A stretch of 64,000 bases of DNA from Eledone cirrhosa (taxonomy: Eukaryota): contig OZ024740.1 in assembly GCA_964016885.1 (NCBI GenBank), positions 409,386,001 to 409,450,000 on the forward strand. Reading direction: 5' to 3'. The notes below the pieces were generated by a model. The model worked only from the letters and a program-made list of their open reading frames with translations, had not been told where the DNA came from and made no database searches. Position 1 is the first letter of the stretch. Each line of letters opens with the position of its first letter. Shown here piece by piece: positions 15,331 through 28,678 of this stretch. A program made the translations under genes and the position numbers.

Positions 15331-15680
15331 AGACCAACTATCAATAATGTTTCAATTGGTTTTCTATTGCTGATATTATCTGCCGGAAGAAGCTCTAGGT
15401 CGAAGGAAGCAGAATTTGAACTAGAACGTACAGAGCCGGGTTAGATGTCAAAAAGTGTCCCATTCGAATCTTCAACAAAATAATTGCTAACTAAGACAGT
15501 ATAACGCCGACCTAGATAAATTACAATATAACTAAATACATTGGAATATAACTAAATACATAAGAATACATTAGAAGCTAAATAAATTAGAATATCTTTA
15601 CTATAACTCAGTATTCTGTTTATTTATGTTTGACTTATCACTTTCATCCACCCGAGCTCGATAAAAGATGTATCAGTAAT

Positions 15681-15914
15681 CAGGGGCGGTGGAAGCATTT
15701 CTGAATTGGGGGAGGGGAATTTGCACAATTTAGTTGTAGTGATTAGTTTAGTCCTTTGCACTCTAAACTGGTTAGAAAACTTCGATATGCGATAAACATA
15801 ATATGTACATAAATTGTAGCGCATATCCAAATAGTTGTTTGTTTTTGGTAGTTTAGGAAGAAAAATACAATTATTAATGGGGGGGGGCATGTCCCCCCTG
15901 TTCCACCGCCACTG
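15681..15914. mobile_element. MITE with CAG(G/T)GG(C/T)GGTGGAA termini; copies at 22790-22910 (partial), 45793-46029 and 53154-53388
   Basis: 14-bp terminal inverted repeats; TA flanks in the 45793 copy; four homologous copies. Confidence 0.75.
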
Positions 15915-16064
15915 TATAATATATATACATAATTTCCAAAAATTAGGCCCTGTACCCGAGCTTCTTTGCATTTGCTAAGCAACTGGTATTATACCCAATT
16001 TCTTCACCTCCTATATATATATATATATATATTATGGCTACTGGTGAGATTTGTTACTCTAAAG

Positions 16065-16357
16065 CAGTAATGGGAAACCTGCGGCCCGCGAAGTTTTCTG
16101 AGTGGCTCGCCTAAGTCACCTAAGTGAAATCTTTCTGATTTCTTTACCCCAACTTTTCAGTCGTAATTTATCTTTCTATCATTTTTACGACCGAGGAAAT
16201 CAATGTGTACGAATTCTACAGAAACAAATCGAAACAACCTGTGTTACCGCCCTTTTTTTTTTAATGTGGGCACGAATGTTAATTAGCGCTTGCGGCCCGT
16301 CTGATGATGAGCCCTATCTCATGCGGCCCGCTTCTCGAAACAGGCTGCCCATGCCTG
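16065..16357. mobile_element. hAT (Charlie-like) MITE
   Basis: 8-bp TSD CTCTAAAG (16057-16064 and 16358-16365), CAG...CTG imperfect TIRs, subterminal gcggcccg repeats. Confidence 0.85.
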
Positions 16358-17069
16358 CTCTAAAGTTTCACCTGCGCACTCACTGGATCACCAGTCTTGT
16401 CTGATGATCATGTGAGTACTCAGATGAGACTCCAGAGTAACAAGGCTCATCACTTAACCATAATAAATGAATATTTAAACTCTACTTCGGTATTGACTTT
16501 TGGGACCCGAGAGTACCACCAAACATTCCTCCTCACGATGTTTATCACAAAACACTCACTTTTAATTCCCCTCTCTGTATCTAGTATAACCAAACTCTCC
16601 CCCTCACTATATCTACCACGATACCGACTCTCTTATCCCCTCTCCATATCTAATACTAATACACTCGTCCTTCTCTATAAATATCTACACATATCTTTCC
16701 CAATCCCCCTCTCTATATCAACCACCCCTAAAATCCCCCTCTTTATATCTACTACACAACACTTTCGCTTTATCCCTCTCTATATATTTAAAACCATTAA
16801 ATTCTCCCCCCTCTCTATATCTAGCATACAAAACACTCTCCCAATCTCTCTCTCTATATCAATTACCACTTGATATAGACGTGAATTACTTCGCTCCGGA
16901 TTTTTACGGATTATTGTCAAAAAAACTGTGAGTTCATTGCTCAATTTAATAGCATTGTTTAGTTAACCCCTTGCCTGGGCCGTCAGACGTTCAGTCAACT
17001 AATTTTCGCCCCTTTCTGGGGCGAAATTTTCATTTTCATCTCAAAACTGTGTAGACTTGGTATTCAGCA

Positions 17070-18826
17070 ATGGAAGCCATTTCCACCTCGCACACTAAGA
17101 AAAGTGGTGGGGGGAAGGTAGGAGTACAAAGCTTGCAGCCTTCCCCCCTCGCATTACCGAAAAACGTTGAAAATATTGAAACCACGAAACCAAACCCGGT
17201 AAATAATACCAGTACCAACAACAAGAACAATGACAATAACACCACAACCAACAACTGCAACAATAGCAACACCAAGGAAAACATGAACAATACTACCAAC
17301 AGTGACAGCAACAAAAAAGACAACAACACCAAAACAATATTCGCACAGACTGTAAAAAAAAAACGAACTATACACGCCAATAGACATAACAAATGCTAAA
17401 CAACTATTACAAGACGCAAAACAATTCGTGACTTTTGGCGAAAACGGTGCTTTTAGCATCAATTCTCCACAGGAATTACGTAGAGAGGCTGTCCTGAAAA
17501 CTGTCGTTTTCAGGACAATGTCGAACGAAACAAGAAAACCAGCTCAATTATCACAAAATGAAATTGAGATGGTTCTAAAAGATGCAATGAAGGACTTAAC
17601 CTTCATACAAAAAGGTAAACTGTTTGGTAGCATTTCGGTGCTAATGAACAACCAGTCAACAGCTCAAAAGTACTCGGTATCACCCATTGTGTCCCCCCGC
17701 TTCACCTTTTTCCCCACATACAGAGGAAAAAGAACACAAAGAATAAAAATAATGAGTATCACACCAAATGTAAACATTTGGTGGATACTATGTGGAATCA
17801 TTGACTTTGAGGAAGACAAGATAATTTCAATAGGAAAGTCCTCCGGGGGTGTATTTGGGGGGACCAGCGTAGAAGTTCTGGTGCAAATGAGCCCAGAACG
17901 AATAGCGAATATCCCACAACGCCTGACTCTGGACGGGCTAACTTATATAAACATTTCAGTGGAGGGAAGGTGGCTGTCATGTTACCACTGCTTAAGCAGG
18001 GGTCACCTGAGGGCTGCCTGTCCTCAATTAACGAGTCAAAAAAAAAGGCTCTTCTGCCAACCCCGAACACAACAACACAACCACCACCACCACCACCACA
18101 ACAACAACCACAACAACACGGAAAAATAACAACACAAAACACTGTTCCACCCAACCCCTCCCCACCTAAAACAAATACAAAAGCAACCACAACAAAACCC
18201 CAAAATATACCCCTCCCCAACAACACGGAAGAGGACTCCGTATCAACGTCACCCAGTGACGACGAGGGAGAACCCTTTCAAAAGGTGAAAATAAAAAAAA
18301 AAGGCATCACATTAACAAAAATGCCACAATCACACAACCACCAGCACAAACAGAACAAACATCACAAATAAAAAGCCCCACCCCTCCCTAAAACATAACA
18401 CGTACTACAAAACGCAAACACGCACAAGAACAACAAACAAAAACAAACACAACACAACAAAAACTCTATACATACATTAACAAGAACACTAAAACGTTGA
18501 TGAAAGCGATAGAAAATAACCCTTTGGTGGAAACCGAAGGGATCACTTTCACCTACGCAGCGAACAAACCGCACCTAATGTTGATTAGGGTCCCAACGGA
18601 AACCTATGTAATTTTGAAAAAGAACCATCCAATGCATGTGGGGACCAACTGCACCAAACCACATAACAGCGTCCTATTGAGATGTTTCCCCACCCCCAAA
18701 CCAGACACCCACACCCCACCAAACACCCTAATCCCACCATACACTGATGTCCTCACCCCACCAAACAACCCTACCAACACCCCCATGGAAATTGTGCAGC
18801 TTGGTCCCCAGGAGATGAAGAGGTAA
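17070..18826 (+). pseudogene. LINE ORF1 (gag-like, CCHC zinc knuckle), disrupted
   Basis: CYHCLSRGHLRAACP knuckle; split over ORFs 17070, 17428, 17970 and 18497 by stops and frameshifts. Confidence 0.75.
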
Positions 18827-18868
18827 GTAATTTCCTTTCCTCTTCCTTTTTAACTCTTCAGCACCAAC

Positions 18869-21800
18869 ATGGCCAATATAAGAGTTGGATGTGTGAATGC
18901 ACGCGGCCTGGGGATGTCCTGGAAACAGGGCAAACTCTTAAATGACCTCAGGTCGCACAGAGTGGATGTAATGGTTATTTGCGAATCCAGGATCAGCAGC
19001 GAGTGCCAACTGGCCCCCATCTTCGACGACTTTGAGATCTACGCATCTCTCTGTCAGACAGGGCTGGGGGTGGAGTTGTCGTTCTGCTGCGAAAATACCT
19101 GGGTCTTGCCACACAGAAGGTACACCTGGACCCAGAGGGTCGACTGGTGGTTTTAGACGTCGGCAGTGGTGAAGGTGGAGCTTTCAGGCTGGTGGCAGCG
19201 TATGCCCCATCTGGGACACTGCGACCGGACTTCTTCCGACGCCTGGAGAATTTCCTGGGAACGTCTCGCTCCTTGCTTTTAGTGGGGGACTGGAATGGTA
19301 TCCTGGATGCACGTTGGGACTATGTAGGGGCATGTCCCGATAGAGGGGGATGTAACAGCCTCAAACGATTAATCGGCCGATTTGATCAGGCCGATAGATA
19401 TCGACTAGATTTTCCGACTGTGCCACGGAGGACGTGGAGTAAATGCAGCGGAACATCTAGGTCGTACCTAGAGAGGTTCCTAGTTAGAAATAAGGATAGG
19501 GACATATTAAGCTGTCCACGAATGTTCATGGTTGACTATTCGGATCACAAGTTGGTGACCGGAGTGGTCAACCTTGATAGAAGTCATAGACAGGGACCCG
19601 GTTACTGGAAGCTAAACTTGTCTTTACCGACAAACAAAGCTTACAGTAAGCGGATTAGCACACTAGTTAATCAGCGTTTGACGGGGGCAATTGTCAACAG
19701 CAGGTGGTGGGGCTCTCTCAAGAGAGAAATTAGAATAGAATCGATAGGTTTTAGTCGGGAATTAGCATCAGATAGGAATAGAACTGAAAGGGAATTAATA
19801 AATAGAGTAGAAGAGGTGATTAGGAGTGGCAACGTGGCCGGCGTGCTGGCGTCAAGAACGGCCCTAGACCAGTTCTTTGATGCGAAGCACGAGGGCTGCG
19901 TTGTCAGTAGTAAAATACGTGCTCTGGGTAACGAGGGAGCCAAAGCTGTTAACTGGGCCCGAGTGACAGAGGCAAAAAGTGGAAACAAGTCCACGATTCG
20001 GTCTTTGAAGGACCAGGATGGACGCGTGATCCTTGAACCTGAGCGGATGAGCGCGGCCTTTCAACGGCGCTTTGCACGACTGTTTGGGAGGGGCGGCGGG
20101 CCGGGTGGGGCCATGGATTTCGGTCCATACCTCGACGGTCTGGCGCGGCTCTCGGACGGGGAGGCGAAGTCCTGCGAGAGGCCGATTTCAGCCGCTGAAA
20201 TAGGGGAAGCGCTGAGCCAATGCGGCAAACGCAAACCTCCGGGTCTCGATGGTCTACCATACGAACTTTATCTAGCGATGCCGGGCGTGTTCTCCGGTCT
20301 CCCCGAGGCGGTCTACTGCAACTGGCAACAGAACGGGAGAATTCCCAGTTCTGTGACCAAGGGCGTAGTCACGCTGGTGAGGAAGGACGAGAACAAGGGG
20401 GATGACAGAGATAACTTCAGGCCCACAACTCTGCTAAACACAGAGTTAAAGATTTTGGCCAAGGTGTTAGCGAAGAGGTTGGCGCTTGTCGTCGGGAACC
20501 TGGTGGGAGAAGCGCAGACATGCGCAATCCCGTCCAGGTCCATACACGACAACCTCCACCTCATGCGATACATCGTAGAGAGGGTAGGAAATGAACCCGG
20601 CTTTGGTGGGGCCCTGATCAACTTGGTTCAATCTAAGGCGTTCGATAGGGTTGACCATCGGTACCTGGATGCGGTGCTCGCGGCGGCAGGCTTCGGACCC
20701 GTTTTCAGGGGCTGGATTGCTGCAATGCACAGCAGCAACACCTGCTCGAGGGTCAAGATGAACGGCTACCTCTCGGAGCCGTTCCAAATCACGCGATCCA
20801 TTAGACAGGGATGTTCTCTCTCCTCCCTCCTGTATGTACTGGCTCTCGAGCCACTACTGCGGAAGCTAGAGCTGTTGCAGGGCATCCCCTTGGAACTGGG
20901 ATTGCGGAAAGCGGTGTCGGCCTACGCTGATGACGTGACAGTAACGGTGTCATGCGCCTCGGAAATCGGGCAGATCGGCACCTTACTGGAGGAATATGAA
21001 AGGTTCACAGGAGCCAAGCTGAACCGGGACAAGTCCGTCGGTTTGCAACTCGGGACGTGGAGGGGCAAAACGATGCCCTCCGACGGCATCGTCGGACGCT
21101 GGACGGAGGGACCGGTGAAGCTGCTCGGGGTCTGGTTCGGACCGGACCTCCAGGTGGAGAAAAACTGGGACGAGGTAACGGGCAAGGTCTTCGCACTCGC
21201 CCAGAAGTGGGCCGAGTGCAAACTATCCCTGAAAGGTCGAGCGGAGGTGGCGAACGCTTATATAGCGTCCGTCATCTACTACCGCTTGAAGTCGTGCCTT
21301 GCCCAGAGAAAACACTCGCCAAAATGGAGCGCGCGCTCTTCCGATTTCTTTGGAAGAAGCGGCCTCCTTTGGTGAGAAGATCCATCTGCTGTCAACACCC
21401 TTCGAACGGAGGGCTGGGGATACCGTGGATGACGATGCGTAGACACGCATTAAGGCTACGGCACCTCCAGGTATTCCTCACCGGTCAGCCGGTGTGGGCC
21501 CTGTTTGTGAGGTGAGCCTTTCCGAGACTCGTCTCACTCACCGAGCTGCAATCCTGGGTCAAGCAAAGACCGAGAAAAGTGGGTGACTGGCACATTGAAT
21601 GTGCCCAGGCGCTCACGGCCCTCTGGCAAGCGGACCCGGCAATCAGTGGAGACTCAACCTCAACATTCTATAGAGGGTTGGTGCGCAGTAAGTGCGACGA
21701 AGCTCTCGGAGAGGCTCTGGGCATGGAGGAAGGCGAGCTGGCCAGTCTGTTCGGTAGGACGTTTGGCCCGGGACTGATGGACAACTTCCAAAGTCCCTGG

Positions 21801-22304
21801 CTTGGCAATGTTACCGAGGAGCTCTACCCGTTCGGGACAAGTTCTACAGACACGGGCGCCCGGGTAGGGACCCCTCGAAGAAGATCTGTCCAAGATGCGT
21901 GCGTGACGAGGAAACCGTCGCACACGCATTCGTACACTGCCCGGGCGTTTCTGACCTGTGGGGCTATGTAGAACGACTACTGTCGCGGGTGGGACCAATC
22001 CGGTTGACCACCGAGAACATTGTCACGATCAAACCGCCTCCCCCTTTCAAAAACGAAGGAGAGGCGGTTTTCCTCTGTGTGATAGCCATGGCGAAAGAAG
22101 TTGTATGGTGGACAAGGTTGAAAGGGCTGAGGTCAGACACCTTTCTCTCCGGCCAACAACTGGTCTTTTTTTTTCAAGTACCACTTTAGAAGAAGGATCA
22201 GAATGGAGAGAGAGGTGCTCTACCCCAGCAAGTTTTATGAAAGATGGGTGAAAGTAGCGAGAATGGCCTGAGTGAATGGGCCTTCTCTCTATATCAGCCT
22301 GTAG
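18869..22304 (+). pseudogene. LINE ORF2: APE endonuclease + RT + C-terminal zinc finger, frameshifted
   Basis: NARGL, GDWN, SDH (APE); PGLDGL, KAFDRVDH, RQGC, YADD (RT); CPRC..ETVAHAFVHC. Confidence 0.92.
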
Positions 22305-23094
22305 GTGAGAGAGGATAAGAATGAGAAGAGGAAGGAAGCACCCGCTCTTTGTGCTCCTGAAGAGGAGGGTTGCACATTTTTTCGGGGGTGTGTGCGACCC
22401 ATGTCAACGCCCCTCCCTATTGAGGACATGGATTTTTAAATTTAATTTGTTATATGTTTTTTACACGTCTTTTTAAATGTATGTAAACTCCCCCCTTTGT
22501 ATTTGTCCCAATCTTTGATGCCCTGGTGGCAAATAAATTGAAATATATATCTACTACACGGAACTCTCTTCAAATACCCCTCTCTATATCAATTAACGCC
22601 AAACTCTCCCCCTTTCTATATCTACTACTCGAAATTCTTTTCCAATCCCTCTCTATATCAATATACATCAATCTCTCCCTCTCTCTATATCTAATATACA
22701 ACACACTCTCCCAACCTTCCTCCCTATAACAATTACCACCAAACTCTCCCCCTCTCTATATCTATATCTATCTCTCCCATCTATCTCTACATAATACGTA
22801 CATAAATTGAAGCGCATATACAAATAGATGTGTTTCGGTAGTTTGGGGAGAAAATATAATTATTGAAGGGGGGGGGGGGGGGGCATGCAACCCCAGTTCC
22901 ACAGCCCCTAGTAATATACTGCAGTAGATTCAGGACAATGATCGTGAATATATACAGTTGAACATTTTCCATCGAATCACACTCCACTGTTTCAATAATA
23001 GAAGACATTGGATAATATAGTCCTATATTGATGTTTTACTTTGAGCTGAAGGTCAGCAAATTTGGGTGATGGAAAATCAAATTCGGGGGGAAGA

Positions 23095-25400
23095 ACGGCA
23101 AAGCTGGCCGTGGCAGAATTTGAACTCAGAATTTAAAAAGTTAAAACAAATACCGCAATTGCTTTTTACCCGACGCTCTACCAATTCTGATCATCTATCA
23201 TCTTTAAATAAACTACATGTCTAAACAAGACTAAATGGTTACAGCTGGGACACCGATCAATTTTTGTGATGTTTCCACTATTTAAATCAGTGAAACCTTT
23301 TATTCTGTGAAGTGTTTTAGTCATGAACAGCACAGCGCCTATAACAAGATAATAACCACTGATTAATCAGGAACAAGCTGACATCCCGATCACACGGATA
23401 AATGTGGTTGATCATACATTACTATTTATGATGTACCACCTTTTAAGCATCATATAACGATACGTCATACATCCATCAAATCCAGATCATGCAAGTAAAA
23501 CGGGCTTAACGATAAAATGATAAATTTAGGCATTGTTCATCACCCAGCTTAAAGAAGTGTAGATTTCATATATAGGTATTTTAACAGGAAACCAGACCCT
23601 TTTATAACTAGATCCACCAATTTGTCACATAGACTACTGCTTGCTATAAAGTGACGCAATTGGCTATTTTATATATCTCGTATTCTGAATAAACAAAACA
23701 AAACATAAAAACATCTCTCCCTGCTTGCAAATCATTTCGATCTTAATGGAACGTATCTCTACTTTTAGCTGAAGTATCAATTATTTACGTTGCCTCCCAA
23801 CAGTTTTTATTCATTGCAAAACTGTTCAAGCGTTTTCTTATAACAATGATGTGTTGTTTTGGTTACTATCTTGACTGCTTCTATTTTAAAGATAATAACA
23901 GATGAAATGTTGAGTGTAATCATTGTGTTGTCATTACTAGGTTCTGGGGACAGGCGAGTTCTGGGGTATATTTACACAAACACACTCACCCACTCTCTCT
24001 CACACACACAGATGCCCACAAATAAACATACAACCCGCATATATATTGACAAAATTCTTTGTATGGAAGGCATTATAACAAAATTGCACTTGCTTTTCAA
24101 TGAGTGCGGAATTTGAAAATTATCGTTGAAACTGCTACTGTGTGTTTTGGTTCATTGAACACGCTGGTTAGTCATACAAATACCAAAGACCATACAGGCA
24201 TATGACTCCCAACACAGCTGCACAGCCTATTTAATTATTACGAAAGTCCCTCGATTATCGCACTAAATGCTTTACATTGTTTTCTTCTTCGTCTCTTTAC
24301 GTTCTGAGTTCGAATGTTGCCCAGATTCGCTTTGTTTTTCATCTTCTTAGGTTTGATAAAAAAAAAGTACCAGTCAAGTATTGAAGTAGCTATAATCGAC
24401 TTCACCCCTACCCCAAAAGATTGTGCTTAAATTGAAATGATCTTAGGGATAAGTATCAGGTATATCTCCTCAAAAATGTTGGTATTGTGATAACATTGGT
24501 TTCTAACATAAGCTCAAAACTATAAAAATTGAGGGACGATAAAGTCGGTTATATAGACCGCAGTACATGACTGGTACTTATCAATCTCGAAAGGTTAAAA
24601 AGCAAAATCGACCTTGGTGGCATTAAAACTCTGAACATAAAGAGACGCAATTAGACATGGCAACCTTTTGTCTGACTCTTTATCGATCATATTACCCACC
24701 ACTTTAGGTTGTGATGATACTGGTTTCTAATTTCAGCACAAAACAAGGGTGGTAGATTGAGAGAATTGGTAGACCATTGGATGAAATGCTATTGCAGTAT
24801 TTGTTTTTGGTTTTTACATTCTGAGTTCAAATTCCGCCAAAGTCAAGTTTGTCTTTAATCTTTCCGATTCGATAAAATAAAGTATAAGTCAAGTACTGGG
24901 GTTCATTTAATCAACTTCTCCCTTCTCCCAAATTTGGTGACCATGTTCCTAAATTAGAAATTAATATCAAATTTGGGGGATTTTTGTAATCAATTAGAGC
25001 AACCACAGTTTGCTTTAAAAACCGGATCTACTACAATCTGTGCTGTCAACGAAGTTTTTGCTCGTGTGAGAGTTATCTACCTTACTTAGTTTTAGATGTT
25101 ATAAAAATCAGAGGAAAAATTTTTCTTCCAAAATTTTTGATAATCTGAGTTGATCGAAATTTACCAACTCACTATTCAAAATATGCGAGGTTCTAACTTA
25201 TTTCTATTTAATATACAAAACGTTCCGGTGGTTTATTTTCCCTCTTTCATATTATTCATATATATTTTAAGGGATGAAAGGCAAATTAAACCTTAGCGGG
25301 ATTTGAACTCAGAACCTTAACTTACGCAACTCAATGTAGCAAAACATTTTGACCGTCATTCTACCGATTATGATAATCCACCTTCACCGAGCAAAAATTT
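23095..25400. mobile_element. Cluster of old Nin-domain SINE fragments on both strands
   Basis: Repeated ttctgagttc(a/g)aat / atttgaactcagaa and gataaa..agta(c/t) segments at about 23110, 24300, 24560, 24820 and 25270. Confidence 0.65.
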
Positions 25401-26814
25401 GAAAAGAAAGTGTGTAGTCGATTCGGTCAACCCTAGTAAAATATCGCCTAGGGTATAGGCCTGAAAGTGGTCAACTTTATACCAACTGACTTTGAAATTC
25501 GGACATAAAGATTGAAAAATCGATTAGACCGGCATTCAACAATTCCACTAAGCTTAGTGATAAGAAAGAACTACCTAACGAATTGAACTACAGATGACTT
25601 ACGTCACTGATAGCTTTCATCATAAATAGCATTTAGCACGGATAGCCATGTCTCGCACAAATGTAAGTGAGAGTAAACACACACACATATGCACGCGCAT
25701 AGAAACATACATACAGGTGTATATATGTTCTCTCACACATATATGTATTGTATTAGCTTCAGACTAAGCGCAGATAACAAAGAGTTCCAAGTTATCTGTG
25801 CGTATATTGTTTTATACTAATATTTAATCTCTTGGTTTTTAATGTTTTTTAACTTAGCGTAGTTTGAACTACTCTATCTTTTTATATATATCTCTCCCGA
25901 ATTCTAAGTCGATATACAAAAATAAGAACATTTCAGCTGTCAGCTAAATTAGACATGCTTAGTAAATAAAATATTAAACTCTGTACAGATCAAAAGAAAA
26001 AGAAAAAAGCACCCTGGTGTCTGTGTTAGTGAGAGAAAATCACATTATTTGTAGCACCATTATTTCCCTACACTATCCAACTAACACGAAAGGAAAAAGG
26101 CGGTAACACTATTTCTGTCACGTTTTTTTTATTAATTATTTGAGTACCGACAGTAATATCTAAAAAAAGAAAAACAAAAAAAAACAAAAAAAAACAGATA
26201 AAGAAAACTGGAGTTAAGTACTCAAATGTTCTTATCTATGATTATTAAGGAAAACAACCGCCACAACAACAAAGAATTGTTTCTTTTATAATTTTGCGAT
26301 ATTTTGTTTTTCTGTTTTACCAATTGTTTGATTTACCAACTGTTTTCAGTAATTCATGTGTTCACAAACCAGACAACTCTCCCCGTCTGATGGGGAGATC
26401 TCCTACCCACTTTGGGGTGGGTGAGAGATGTCTTCTCTTATTAAAATGGGTAGAGCTTTCATTAAGTAAAATCTCCCCATTTTGCCTTATTTTTCCCCGT
26501 TTTGGGGTACTTTTCATGGTACTCTCCGTTTGGGTTTTTACAGGTTCGCAATTCTGTGTTGTGAAAGCTACAGGTTATATGGAAAATGAAATCAGTTAAA
26601 CAACAAAAAGGTTTGAAGACTATATAGGTGTTGAAGGATGGAGAAAGGGGTTGCTTGACTTAATAGATTAGCAGTCAAATCTTCCTCATATCACATATTG
26701 TAAATCTTGATCGCCTCGTAAAAGCACCGTATGACATATGGCGTTTCTTGAGTGTTTTAAACCTGGCAGAGCTCATTCCTCTCCAAGTCAAATCAGATTA
26801 TAAGTGGCATATTT

Positions 26815-27050
26815 GATAATGTAGTCTTGGACATACAGGTTAGAACCCGAATTGGCCAAACCGTTAGGGCGTACGATAATGTAGTCTTAGACATACAAGT
26901 TAGAACCCGAATTGGCCAAACCGTTAGGGCGTATGATAATGTAGTCTTAGACATACAAGTTAGAACCCGAATTGGCCAAACCGTTAGGGCGTACGATAAT
27001 GTAGTCTTAGACATACAAGTTAGAACCCGAATTGGAAAAACTATTAGGGT
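26815..27050 (+). repeat. 60-bp tandem repeat, about 4 copies
   Basis: Unit gataatgtagtcttagacatacaagttagaacccgaattggccaaaccgttagggcgtac; runs into a SINE body at 27060-27170. Confidence 0.95.
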
Positions 27051-27639
27051 GAACAATAAAATAATTTGCGATATTTGTTACTGCTTTCTTCGATCTGGGT
27101 TCAAATTTTACCGAAGTCAACTTTGCTTTTCATCTTTTCAGGGTCTATGAAATAAAGAACCCGTCCAGAATTGTTAGACGAGGTGTCTCATGATGTTTGT
27201 TACGACTTTTTTTGTTCAGAACTGAAGTGATACTGTGGCAAGCACTTGAGGAAGTTTGAAGATACCTTCCTCCCTCCATCCCACTAGACTCAGATTTCCT
27301 GAAAAGTGTTATAGATAGTATCCTTCCATCTCTGACGAAAAAAAAAAAAAAAAACAGATGGGATGTTCCACTCTATTTCGACATCTCGTCAGATATGCGA
27401 GCTTATATGTGCAAAGACACATCTAAACTGATGACAGAGGTCCCAAGATCCGTTTATATACATTTATTGGTGAGTTTTTAGAGGTGGGTGGGCAAAGAAG
27501 GTTTAGATTTAGAGACTGGTGTATAATGATGAAAGGTAAAAATATATTATATTAAAAATATATATTTAAAAAAAGCTTAAATAAAATGGTAAAACAAGAA
27601 AAGTAAGAAGAAAGGAGGGGTGAAAAGGTTAACAAAAAT

Positions 27640-27820
27640 AATGGTTTCTACTTTTGGCACAATTATCCCAGTGCATTACTGGTACTTTATTTTATCGACC
27701 TCGTAAGGATAAAAGGCAAAGTTAACCTCGGCGGGATTTGAACTCAGACCATAAAGGGCCGTAACTCTTTGCTGCAAAGCATGGTGTCCGACCCTCTACC
27801 GATACTGCCAATTCACCGTC
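27640..27820 (-). mobile_element. Nin-domain tRNA SINE
   Basis: Reverse complement of the 62788-63003 family. Confidence 0.85.
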
Positions 27821-27954
27821 AATCCACAATAATAATAACAAAATTAATAAACAAATAAAAATAAACAATCGAGTGAGAAATGAAAGTGGGAGATAAATTA
27901 GAATAAAATAAAATAAATCTACTTTTAAGGGTGAAGAGGAAAAACAAATAATTG

Positions 27955-28384
27955 TTTTCATTTATTGGTCACAGGGTCGATATACAGGGGACAATACAAA
28001 GACTGAGACAGTGGAGGTTTACAATAAAATCGAGTAAAAATACACATTCACTCACCTTTTAGCAAATATACGGGCGCAGCACTCCCCCCCACCTTCCTTT
28101 CCAAGTGAAACTTGAAAAGGTTGATGAGGGATTGGTCGAAGAGAAAAGTGTCTGTTTTCAGTCATTTCGACCTGGTCACCCACACAACCTCTTTTGTTAT
28201 CGCCACCAAACAGAAGAAAACTGCTTGCCCTTCCCAGCCAAAAGAAGGCGGGGAGGTGATCTTGACTATGGACTCTATCGATAGCCGGGACTGGACGGGA
28301 TCGTGCAGAACGGTTTCGTCGCTCTACGCGCATCTCGGGTAGGTCCGTGCCTGTAGAGTTTATCTCGAACCGGCAGTGACCCCC

Positions 28385-28385
<1 letters not shown>
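27955..28385 (-). mobile_element. Tx1/L1 LINE 3' fragment
   Basis: Similar to 21880-22230 (PPSF..EGQAVFFCLVAITKEVVW), followed by a 3' UTR with AATAAA. Confidence 0.75.
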
Positions 28386-28452
<67 letters not shown>

Positions 28453-28593
28453 GGAAAAATGGAAACGAAATTTCATTTGCCACTCTTAGTACGGCTGTTA
28501 CTTAAATATAAGTATGTATACGTACATACATATATGTATACATATATATATACACATATATATATATATGTATATATATGCCTTTTTATATGT

Positions 28594-28669
<76 letters not shown>

Positions 28670-28678
28670 CAATATATA

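Larger units (their letters stand above)
16872..22543 (+). mobile_element. Near full-length Tx1/L1-clade LINE inserted in a CT-rich degenerate minisatellite
   Basis: ORF1 + ORF2 architecture; AATAAA at about 22532; the same ctctctatatc-type repeat on both flanks (16540-16870, 22545-22790); 5' boundary approximate. Confidence 0.9.

Noticed and set aside
26815-27050. CRISPR-like periodicity or repeat protein
   Set aside because: No unique spacers, no cas genes, eukaryotic context; a simple tandem repeat
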